The notes under the pieces: model-generated
The model's input: the letters and a program-made list of their open reading frames with translations, nothing else
The model's database searches: none
Told to the model about the DNA's origin: nothing
Shown here: piece by piece, positions 11,788 to 23,298 of the stretch
How the letters are laid out: each line of letters begins with the position of its first letter
Position numbering within the stretch: the first letter of the stretch is position 1
Translations under genes and position numbers: made by a program
From: Octopus vulgaris
Taxonomy: Eukaryota
DNA: 64,000 bases
Direction of reading: 5' to 3'
NCBI GenBank assembly: GCA_951406725.2
Contig: OX597826.1
Coordinates: 50,282,001 to 50,346,000 of the forward strand

Positions 11788-11915
11788 AATCTCTGACGAG
11801 GCCTATGGATGTATATAAGTACCTCATTTTTAACTGCTTACAATCTCAATATAATTGACAAATATAGGCACAAAAAATTCCTTTTTTCCATAGGCTGAAA
11901 CAGCTGTAAGTGATT
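11788..11915 (+). ncRNA. Type I hammerhead ribozyme motif (HHR-2) with long stem-II loop, possibly decayed
   Basis: AATCT-CTGACGA(11793-11799)-GGCCTATGGA-[77 nt]-TCCATAGGCT-GAAA(11897-11900)-CAGCTG-TA^-AGTGATT. Stem II is 10 bp, stem III is palindromic, stem I is imperfect. Confidence 0.7.
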
Positions 11916-12104
11916 TTAATGATTCTAACAATTTATATTAAGTTTTTTTTAAATAACTACTTGTATTCTTATCTTAAATGTATTGAATTTTATACTGTAT
12001 ATATGTATGTTATTATGGTTGTAGCTTTGATAATTAAATAAGTCAACATTCTAATATCCTAAAGCTGATAAACCAAGTAATGTGTTTCTCCATTTTCTTA
12101 TTTG

Positions 12105-12145
<41 letters not shown>

Positions 12146-12343
12146 TATATTAATCAAAGTGTACAGTATTATATATCCATTACGACCGATCTTACCAATC
12201 GGTGTCTGCTGCACTAGGAGTTCAACGGAGTGTTAGGTAACATCCCGATTATGTAACCCTTCACTCTTCAGAGATGGTAGTTATCGAATGGAATATAGAG
12301 ACTGCTCTCTATTACTGGAGGTTATAAGACATATCCGGATATG

Positions 12344-12392
<49 letters not shown>

Positions 12393-12836
12393 GATGTTTC
12401 TTTTATAAAAAGTGTCGGGAAAATTCCTTTGAGATATTTATTTCTTCCTACTCTTTGTGCTTTGAATCCAAATCCCGCTGAAGTCAACTTTGCCTTTCCT
12501 CTTTCTGAGGTCTATAAAATGAAGTGTCAATAAAGTACCAAATTGAAAGTATTCAGTAATCTCCCTTCCTTCAAAATTGCCAGTTTTGTACCGACTACTT
12601 CAGTTCGGTACTTGCTGGTACTTCATTTTATTGACCTTGAAAAGAGGAAAGGCAAAGTTGACATCAGTGGGATGGATTTGAATTCAAAGCATAAAGATTT
12701 TCCCCAACACCTTTAATAAAAGAAACATCAACCCTGCATATATAACACATTAAATACTCTTTTTTGAATTATGTTCTGTTTCACTAATGATCAAAATATA
12801 CCCAACCTCCACATATATATATATAACATTTAACCC

Positions 12837-13925
12837 GGATCTTTTCGGTTTGAACGGCAGTATCGATCTATTGCATTTCAATCTGTTTTAGGGTTAGGGG
12901 TGGGGGGAAGGGTATCTTTTTTTCTTCACAAATGTAAATAAACTCAATCAGTTTCTTAAATGAGGGACATATTCATATGGCACAGAATGTTTTTTATGTC
13001 AATATACGTCATTGATTGGTTGAAATTGCAGAAAGTGAAGAAAAAAAACAACAAATATCTTACAAACCATAGAAGTTTCTCAATAAACATTCTACCAGTA
13101 TATGAAGTTTAAAATTTTTTAGTTACCTAGAAATTATGGATCTTTTCCTTTTGAGCGGCACATGTCAACATAATTTCTAGTTAACTTCAAAACTTCGTAT
13201 ACTGGTAGAATGTGTCAAAATAAAACATTTTTTTCTCTTGGCTTTCTTGAGAAAATTGTAATTTGTTTGTTTAATGTAGTTTAATTTTTCGAATTTTAAC
13301 CAATGAATCCCCTCTAGAGAGCTAAAATCATTTGCTGCGTCTAAAACTGAGGCAACATCCTGTCACTAACCCTCACCCTAAATTTTAGCCTTTTTTTTTC
13401 TTAATTGTTAAATTAATTTAATTGTTACGCGTGTCTAAAATTATTCGTTTTGAGTTTTTGCTTTCGTTATGTATACGTACGGAAATCATGTGTATAAAAT
13501 TATAGAATTATTTTGTTTGTTAATTGTTTAAATTATTTTCCATTGCTTTCGTTTTTTTTTTCTTAATTGTTATCCTTAAATTAATTTAACAATTAAGAAA
13601 AAAACACGAAAGGCTAAAATTTAGGGTTAGGGTTAGGTTTAGGGTTAGTGACAGGATGTTGTCTCAGTTTTAGACGCAGGAAATGATTTTAGCTCAATTA
13701 GAGGCAATTGATTGGTTAAAATTCGAAAAATTAAACTACGTTAAACAAACGAATTACAATTTTATCAAGAAAGTCAAGAGAAAAAAAATGTTTTATTTTG
13801 ACACATTCTACCAGTATACGAAGTTTTAAAGTGTTTAGTTAGCTAGAAATTGTGTTGACACGTGCCGTTCAAAAGGAAAAGATCCGAAATTATGTTAAAA
13901 ACTGCCGTTCAAACCGAAAAGATCC
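12837..13925. mobile_element. Related GGATCTTTTC MITE (left arm partly deleted) containing a nested copy
   Basis: TIR GGATCTTTTCGGTTTGAACGGCAG / CTGCCGTTCAAACCGAAAAGATCC. No matching TSD seen. Confidence 0.75.
13138..13885. mobile_element. Nested fold-back MITE (Merlin-like) with 8-bp TSD
   Basis: GGATCTTTTCCTTTTGA termini. TSD GAAATTAT at 13130-13137 and 13886-13893. TTAGGGTTAGGGTTAGGTTTAGGGTTAG at 13621-13648. Confidence 0.88.
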
Positions 13926-14217
13926 CAGATCATTACCAAACATTTTTCGAAATGATCATTTCCCGAACTTAAATTGTTCAACAGAGAATAACCAAGTTAT
14001 TCCAATGTGTTCTGTTTTTAAACAGTAAGGTAGGTGTCACTTGATGGAGATTTGGCTGCTATTTCTACCAGATTGAGGAACCATGTAGATGCTTACGTAT
14101 TGGCTTCGACCGGCAAATTTGTAAGAGCAATATTATGAAATTGCGAACAATTCAAATTGCTCAGACATGCAAAAATTAAAATGGGTCCCACGTTGGTCAG
14201 AAACAGAGCGGCAAGCT

Positions 14218-14240
14218 GTGACGTCACTTCCTCTTCCGGT
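14218..14240 (+). promoter_or_regulatory. THOC2 proximal promoter: CRE overlapping an ETS core plus a second ETS site
   Basis: GTGACGTCACTTCCTCTTCCGGT, 30-50 bp upstream of the ATG (reverse complement ACCGGAAGAGGAAGTGACGTCAC). Confidence 0.7.
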
Positions 14241-14268
14241 GTCTAAAACATTTCTGCTCCCAAGTAGA

Positions 14269-14333
14269 ATGGCTGCCATCCGAGTTACCGTGGAAGCCTG
14301 CAAAAATTGGGAAAAAAATGGGAAAATAGAATT
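14269..14333 (+). CDS. THOC2: THOC2 exon 1
   Basis: [21 protein letters not shown](F); donor GTAAGT, phase 2. Confidence 0.92.
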
Positions 14334-16108
14334 GTAAGTAACGTATTATCGATTGGTAATTTTACATTTATCATCCACAATAGCACTCCAATAATTTCTA
14401 GCATTCTATATTTATGCTTTTAACCTTAAAAGTTGTAACGGTTATTGTATATACATAACATACATACATACAGGTATATATTTATATCTATCTATACAGA
14501 TATATACATATATATATATGTATGTATGTATTTATGTGCTTAGACGCCAAACGAGAGTCGGTTGTTGTACGTTATGTTATTTAATAAAAAAAAAGAAGCT
14601 TGCTTTGTAATTTCGGTTCATGCTTTTTGGTCGATCCTTTTTAAATGAGACATTATTATTATTATTATTATTATTTGAGCAAATTATCGCTCATAAACAA
14701 AAGTTAAATGAAGTAAACTATATCAAGTTACTAACAATGTCCTCGGAAAGAAAGCATGAACATCACACAAACTCATTTTCTCTTCCCCCGTATAAGTCTA
14801 AATGGCAATGTTTCATAATTAAATGAAAACCCAGACATCGTATTTGTGAATAATTTGAGTATATTATCACTTACTAAGACATCTTGTAGACATGAACATC
14901 GTGTAATCTCATTTTTTTTATCACTTCTAATATATCAGGCTTTATATAAGAAATGAGTGTGCGCGTGTTTATAAATATAATATTTTTTTATCTCCTTAAA
15001 CGTAATAATAACAGCCTGCTCAAATTTTAAAGATTTATTCTTCAATCTCTATAATAAAATAATCGTTTTGACATGAAAGTTAGAATGATTTAAGGTAGAA
15101 AAACTTGCGGAAAAAAGAAATGTATATTTACTGATCTAGGAATAAGCCTCTACGTGGTCACACAAGCTGCTAGAAAAAACAAGTCATATTTTCCTTAACC
15201 TAGTACTGTCTTAATTGAAGAAGGATACCTAAAAACAAGCTGTCTGTGCTATGCAGAAATAAAAAGGAAAAGAAAAACTGAACGATCACGGATGGAACGC
15301 TTTTGATTCTATGTCTACTCGATTTCGGTCTGGAGCTAAACAACAAAGATACCAATAGTTATACATAGGTCCTGCTCTGTCAGGAAATGACCTGGGACTA
15401 AGCTACCATCACACCGCCACCACGAGTGAACGAAATAGCCACTAAGTTGCTCCACTTGCTAGAAATAGCAGTAAAAAAATTTACTTTATCATTCTGATAA
15501 ACATTATCGTCGTTATTATTGTTGTTGTTGTTGGACAGGTCAGGCGTGATCAAATAGACTTATGGTCAAAGGCTTTCCAGTTACCACCATCCCGTCCTTG
15601 TTTCGGACATTGTATATCCTAAACTACACGTCCCAATGTGTCCTCTTTTCGAGACGGTAGAGTGTATATTTGAGAGAGAATTTACTGTTATTTCTCACAT
15701 CTTGAGCTACCCCCCGTGTTATAATATTTAGTGTTGGCTGTTCTCGTGTTTTGGGTTTGTTTTTTTTATATAATATCGTTTTGATACAGACTAAAATTCT
15801 CTACTATTTTTGAAAATTAGACAAATTATATCGTCCGACTCCCCTACTTCTGTTAACGAGCGATCTCTCCTGTTGCGTATTATCCGCGTTAGTAGGGAGT
15901 GTGTGTGTGTATATATATATATATAGTTGTGTTTGTGCATATACACTGTATGAATCTATATAGGTAGATAGATGCACGTGTGTGTGTATTTATAACCGTT
16001 GTACTCATTTCAATGTTATATTGCTTTTCACTTGGTTAAAGTACTTTGCAATAACAGTATTTCCTTACTTTTGTCAACATGAATTATTCTCGACAAATTT
16101 AATAGATG

Positions 16109-16159
<51 letters not shown>

Positions 16160-19100
16160 TTAGAATATAGTTGACTGGTTGTTTTATCTGTTAATGGATT
16201 TTATATAGACTTAACATTTGTATCTCTTAGCATATCTATCTATCTATTTATCTACTGTTGTGTCTGGGGAGAGCCATTCTCTTTTAGTACCTTATAATTT
16301 AACACTCATCGGTAAAATTTCCACTCAATAAGTAAATGAGTGGAAATTTTACCGGTGAGTGTGTTAAATCAGGCACTAACAGAGAATGACTCTCCCCGGA
16401 CACAACAGAATATGCTTCAACATACGAACTCACATACAGAATTTTGCAAACCAAATCCCAAAACGAGATATATATTTATGCTGTGTGCATCTATATAGAC
16501 TAAATGTTTGTAGCTTTTATTTCTACCTGTATATTCAGTAAACTGGTTTCTCCAGCTTTGTCTTCCCCGTTTGTGTTAATCATAAAAAATTATATAATCG
16601 TGTGATTTACTGCATTTTCATCATCCTTGTGTGTCTCTGACTGTCAAAACGAATTTTTACTGTTGCATTTTATAATTTGCACAACTACCGTATTTGCTTA
16701 TAGGTCGCACCCCTAATTTACCGTTAACTCTTTGTACAAATTTTGGCACACCTAACTAAGCAAGTGTGCCCTCCACTATCGACTTTGCTTCCTCATAACT
16801 TCCAGAGAAATGGATATTTTTGAATGAAATTTTCTACAAATCTGCTTCAGATGATGTAGTTCCGATTACATCGGAATTTGTTGTGAAAATTTTTTTTCCA
16901 AGAGTGGGGAAATGAATTTCGGAAAATTCACACGAGCGCGCCTGTTTCCTCATAACTTAAAGAAAAATAGGTATCTTTTTATGAAATTTCCTATGAATAC
17001 CTTTCAGATGCTGTAGATTGCGATTATATCGAAATTTAATAGGGAAAAGCAAAAATGGTGGGCTTGCACATATACTTACAGACAGGCATACCATATATCT
17101 ATAAACATGAAATTTCGAAAATTGAGGTATATGTATGCATCCCCTACGATTTTCTTTTTGTTCCAATATAATGGTAATCTACACCATCTGAAAGGTATTT
17201 TATAAAAAATTTCATTAAAAACTATCCATTTCTCTGAAAGCTATGAGGAAACAAAGTCGAGACAGGGCATACTTGTGTAGATATGCCCAATCTCTTCCCC
17301 TTCATAGTTTTAGCTTTGCCTCCTGTATCAGTCACACTCAAGTTTTTTTCCAGTTAAAATTGTGTGACTTATACGTGAATAAATACACTAATTAATTGTA
17401 AGATGACTTGAATCATTGTAGATGGCTCAGTGTTTTATTTATATTATTTCCTCATCCATTTATATCAGTTGTAGCGATTTCCGAAGGAAAGAATATTAAC
17501 TTTTATAAAGTTGAATATTGTTTAATAGCCATAGTGTTTTCATTTTTTTCATTGTGCTTGTAAACTTCAAACTCAATTGAAGACTTTGGCTTTTTAGTAG
17601 ATAGGTAGAAAATTTTATAGATAGTAGATTCACCTTGGGCACGTATCTTTTACCGTAGGACTACTAAAGCCCAGGTTGACCAAAGCCTTGTGGAAAATGA
17701 AAGAAGCCTGTCATGAATATAACGTGTGTGTGTTTGTGTATATATATATTATCATCATCATTTAACGTCCGCTTTCTATGCTAGCATGGGTTGGACGATT
17801 TGACTGAAGTCTGGCGAACCAGACTCCAATCTGATCTGGCAGAGTTTCTATAGCTTGATGCCCTTCCTAACGCCAACCACTCCGAGAGTGTAGTGGGTGC
17901 TTTTACATGCCACGGGACGTGGGCCAGTTTGGTGGTACTGGCAACGGCCACGTCCAAATGATGCTTTTTATGTGCCACCTGCACAGGAGCCAGTCCACCA
18001 GCACTGGCGACGTCCTCGCTCAAATGTTTCACGTGCCACCAGCACAAGTGCTAGTAAGGCGACGCGGTAATGATCACGCTTGGATGGTGTGCTTAACGTG
18101 CCACCAGTACGAAGGCCAGTTTGTTGTTCAGGCAACAATCTCACTCGTATGGTACTCTTAGCGCTCATATATATATATTGTGTGTGCAAGTACTCTTGAT
18201 GTTGTGTGATGGTTTTAAACAAGTATCACCATTATGTTCATTTCCGGTCTGCCATGCAAACATGTCTGGCCATGGAGGAACATATTACCTTACTTGGAAA
18301 TAAGTGACGTTGGTGACAGGAAGGGAATCCAGCCATAGAGAATCTGCCTCAACAAATTCCGTCTGACCCATGCAAGCACAGGAAAGTGGACATTAAATGG
18401 TGGATTACTTTGGAGATAAGTGATGCAAAAATATAGACTCTGGACTGTTTGTCAGGAATTAATTCTGTAACGTGATTAGTCTATTCAGTTAGTTATTGGT
18501 TTGTAGGACATTGCTGGCAAATGACCTACTGCAATGGATGTCAAAGCATGCCTGTACTTGAGCAGGTTGCCCGAGAACAACATATGTAGCTCAAGTCACC
18601 AGAGACACTGGATACCTCCCCAAAGACCTCCCTCGACTAATGAAAGACTGACTAATGGATGGTGTGTTACAAGTTAAAAATATCCAAACAAGCTCGACCA
18701 GGTGATGATGATTGTCTCCAGGTTTTGTTTTTGATTTGTTTCTGGTTAAACCTCTGTTGAGTTTTAACAATAATGATGTATGTATGGATCAATTTTGGTC
18801 TATGCCAATGTCATTAACAGAAATAAGAATGTTGGGGGTTAGCAGACTTTTATCATTGACTCCTTTCATGGAATCATTGAAAACCTATTAACTTCTATTA
18901 TATAACTTACTAAAATAAAATTAAAAGTATAAGACAAAATGCTTATTTAAAAGCAATTCCTTCATTCTTTTGTGTTGTTCTTGGCTTTTAATAAAAAATA
19001 TTAAAAGAAATTTAATGAAAATATTTAATGATATAAAGAACAATAAAAATCCAGTCATGTTATATTAATATAGTTAGATATTTAATTTTTATGTTTTGTG

Positions 19101-19932
19101 AATACTAGTTTTTTTTTTTTCTGATCACAATACTTTTCAAAATGTTCTGAAATAAAAACATAAATTCTTACTTCATTTGTACAAAACTTATATCAGATCT
19201 AAACTAACTGTTGATATTTGAAACCTATCTTATATCTGTCTATAATAATAAACACAAAATTCTGTCTGTCTGCCTGTTTTGGACCCCTGTATCTCAGTCT
19301 AAATTTGATCTACATAGTCTTATTATACCTTTTTAGAATCGAGATGATCCTAGGATTGAAAATCTGCCCTTCATTTGATTCTTGAACGTCCAGCATTGGG
19401 ATCAAGTGTGGATGAGAATTTATTATAGGCTAACAGCTGAAAATTCAAATTTTAAAAGAACTCTAAAAATTTGTGAACGTACAAGTTCTTCATTTAAACT
19501 GAATTTAAAGTAATACCTTATTGGTAAGGTACCAATAAATGCTTTATTATTGCTCTTTTCAGTTTTGGGTTACTCGCCCAATTAGCCCTCTGCAGGAGCC
19601 AGCTGAAACCTCTGCACAGTGTACAGCTTTTAAGCTAGTTCAAATTATAAAATAGAATAATATGAATAAGTTTTAAGACATCCAATGGATAGTGGGAATG
19701 TCAAATCCAGAATGATTGCTTGAGCATAATTTGAAATGTTTTGAACAGAGATGAATGATCAGAAGCCTGTATGCATATCTACACTTCAATATATATATCC
19801 ATCCATCCTCCGGGGGCAACTGACTTTTCTTTTCATCCTTTCAGGACTCGATAAAATAAGTACCAGTTGAACACTGGGGTTGATGTAATCAACTTCTCGC
19901 CTAAAATTGCTAGCCTTGTGCCAAAATTTGAA

Positions 19933-19968
<36 letters not shown>

Positions 19969-22439
19969 ATATTGTCATCCTACTTTCTGAGCCAGTTCTA
20001 TCTCTCCTACTCACCCCCATACTGATATTTCCCATCACCTCACCATCACCTTTGTTTACTTATTTTGTTCGCTTCTACTCCCATCTCTAACCATCTGTTA
20101 TTATCTTCTCACAATCTTACGAAATTACCAACCCTCTCCTTCCCTCCCCTGATCCACTACAAGCATTCTCTCTTATACTCATTTTGTACCTTAACACCAA
20201 AAGACATTCCAGGTTAACAAATTACCATGTAACTTTGCACTTTCAAAGGCAAGTGACATAAAAGAGAATTCTTTACTTGGAAAACAGTTAAGGGTTAGCT
20301 AAGGGCTGTAAATGAATGCCCTTAGTAACAAAACAAGTTGACTAGACTGGCACCCCATCAATTACGATGATGAGGGTTCCAGTTGATCTGATCAACAAAA
20401 CAACCTGGTCATGAAATTAATATGCAAGTGGCTGAGCATTCCACAGATATGTGTTCCCTTTGCATAGTTCCCAGAGTGATTCAGTGTGACACAGAATGTG
20501 TCAAGTTTGGCTCTTTTAAACACAGGTGTTACTCATTTTTTTGTTGTTGTTCTGGACCCTTCCCTCTCACTTTAAACGTAATAACCTCACTAATGCTGGT
20601 GCCATGAAAAAGCACTCAAGTGGTTGGCATTAGGAAGGTCCTCCAGCTATAGAAATGATGCCAAGGTATAGTACAGTTTTCAGCCCTTTTGGAACCGGTC
20701 AAACAGTCCAACCCATGCCAGCATGGAACATGGACATTAAATGACGAGTCATGTGCATGTTGAATCAAATTTCTTGACATCAGCTTTAATTTTGTATATT
20801 TTTAGTTTATAAAATATGAATCAATTACGGAATTTGAAACCTAACCAATGCCTAATTTTTTAACTGAGTCTCACAGCAGGACCTGGCTCAGTGTGTTGCT
20901 ATCATTCACAACTGGCTTGATAGCCACTGTCTGCACATCAATGTTTCCCTGAAGCATGGCCTCCAGATCTGTGAGCCTCATGAATGCCACTGCAGACCCA
21001 CTGTGGATTCTTTTGGCCTCCACTCACTGTCATGCCATCATAGTGCTGGTCACCTTCCATGCCGTGCAGCCCATAAGATCATAAAGCATGGCCTAGTCAG
21101 CACAGGCTTCCCTTTCCTGCTCAAGCAATCAGATCTAGACTGAAGGGACAGTAAAGGGCCTTATGGTATGGCAATTTTTCCATTCTGTGGCACGTAAAAT
21201 GCACCGATCCGACCGTGGCCATTGCCAGCCTCGCCTGGCACCTGTGCAGGTGGCACGTAAAAAGCACCCACTACACTCACGGAGTGGTTGGCGTTAGGAA
21301 GGGCATCCAGCTGTGGAAACACTGCCAGATCAGCCTGGTGCAGTCTTCTGGCTTCCCAGATCCCCGGTCGAACCGTCCAACCCATGCTAGCATGGAGAAC
21401 AGACGTTAAACGATGATGATGATGATGTGGTAGTAGGCCTTTCATTTGGGATTCCACATGCTGTGACACCTTCTCCAGTGGCAATTTGGCATGTTCAGCT
21501 ACCAGCCCAGGCTCTGCTGTCCATCAGGCTAAGAAAAGCAAATTTGCAAAGTATCGGTTGCCCTCTGACAGGTTTATGGTTGAACCTGTGGCAGTGAAGA
21601 CCTCTGGCATTCTCGGTCCCCAGACCATATCCCTGCTCATTGCTTTTGGAATGGAGATGGGCTATATGTGAGTATGAGCCCTTTGAGTCAAAGTAACTGT
21701 TGCAGCATATCTCCCTTGCTACCCTCCAGAGTAATGCCTTTCTGCTGAGACTATGGGGCAGTCTGAATTACAGGAAATCGTACATCTCACTCCTTAATGT
21801 AAAGTTAAGTACAGGAATAGATATGAAATACAAGTTCATAAAAGCAAAGAACTATTAATTAAATATGTCGATGTGGAAATAGTGCAACAGATAAAATGAA
21901 TTTTAGCTGTATTAAACACACTAGAGGCAAACAGCCTTAATTGTGCTATTTTTAACCCTTTCATGACCATATATCTAATGACACACATTGTCTACCACTT
22001 TCAATTAACTTTGATAATAAATAACTAGCTTTTAGGATTGAATAAATTCCAAACTGTATTATATATATATATATATAGGTGCAGGAGCAGCTGTGTAGTA
22101 AGTAGCTTGCTTACCAACCAGATGATTCCAGGTTCAGTCCTACTGCGTGGCACCTTGGGCAAATGTCTTCTACTATAGCCTCGGGTCAACCAAAACCTTG
22201 TGAGTGGATTTGGTAGATGGAAACTGAAAGAAGCCCATTGGATATGTGTGTGTGTGTGTCTGTGTTTGTACCACACCATCACTTGACAACCAATGTTGGC
22301 GTGTTTACATCTCTGTAACTTAGCGGTTTGGCAAAAGAGACCGATAGAATAAGTACTAGGCTTACAAAGAATATGTCCTGGGGTCGATTTGTTTGACTAA
22401 AGGCGGTGCTCCAGCATGGCTGAAACAAATAAAAGAAAA

Positions 22440-22482
<43 letters not shown>

Positions 22483-23258
22483 TGTCATTTATATCCCAGA
22501 AGTCAAATTAATAATGACAGATCTATTATTTATTTGGTTGTTGGAATATAACCTAATAAACATTTTTTTACTTGAAAAACATGATGGTTGGACTTAAATT
22601 AAATTTTGAAATAGGAGATTCTGTATTATAGAAACCAAGGTGGTCTCTAGTTGGTTGGTGTCAGATGGGTATTATGTTAGTGTTTGCTGTTCTTTTCACC
22701 TGATTAATTAGCAATCATCTTTGTAACATATATATATGTGTGTATGTATATATATCATCATCATCGTTTAATGTCCGCTTTCCATGCTAGCATGGGTTGG
22801 ACAATTTGACTGAGGACTGGCGAACCAGATGGCTGCACCAGGCTCCAATCTGAGCTGGCAGAGTTTCTATAGCTGGATGCCCTTCCTAACGCCAACCACT
22901 CCAAGAGTGTAGTGGGCAATGCTGGTAACAATCGTGCTCGGATGTGTGTATATATATATATGTATAACATATGTATGTGTGTATATATATATATATGTAT
23001 TAGAAGAAATGAGGTACTCAGAAAATCGGATGGTTTATATTTACAGATATTTATTTGTATATTACATTTTTTATACATCATATAACTTAGATCATGTATT
23101 AGCTCTTTTCCCATTCTAGTGGGGTTTTCAAATCAAACTAAGTTCCTGTGTGAAAAGTTTTGACCATATATATATACCACATGAACTACGATGAAAAAAT
23201 ATGAGAAAGATATGGTATATAATTTTTTTTGTGTAAGGGTTCCTTGAGACATGTAATA

Positions 23259-23298
<40 letters not shown>

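Larger units (their letters stand above)
9704..12173. repeat. ~150-bp near-perfect inverted repeat (arms 9704-9855 and 12016-12173)
   Basis: TATAATACTGTACACTTTGATTAATATATGCA(TA)nTTACAAATAAGAAAATGG...ACTACAACCA is the reverse complement of 12016-12173, apart from (TA)n length and one substitution. Confidence 0.92.

Noticed and set aside
12200-12275. Third hammerhead (minus-strand CTGAAGAG followed by a hairpin)
   Set aside because: The hairpin is followed by TCCG rather than GAAA, and no stem III or cleavage triplet is present.
13621-13648. Telomere or chromosome-fusion relic
   Set aside because: Only 4-5 units, located in the arm of a TSD-bounded MITE and mirrored in the other arm.
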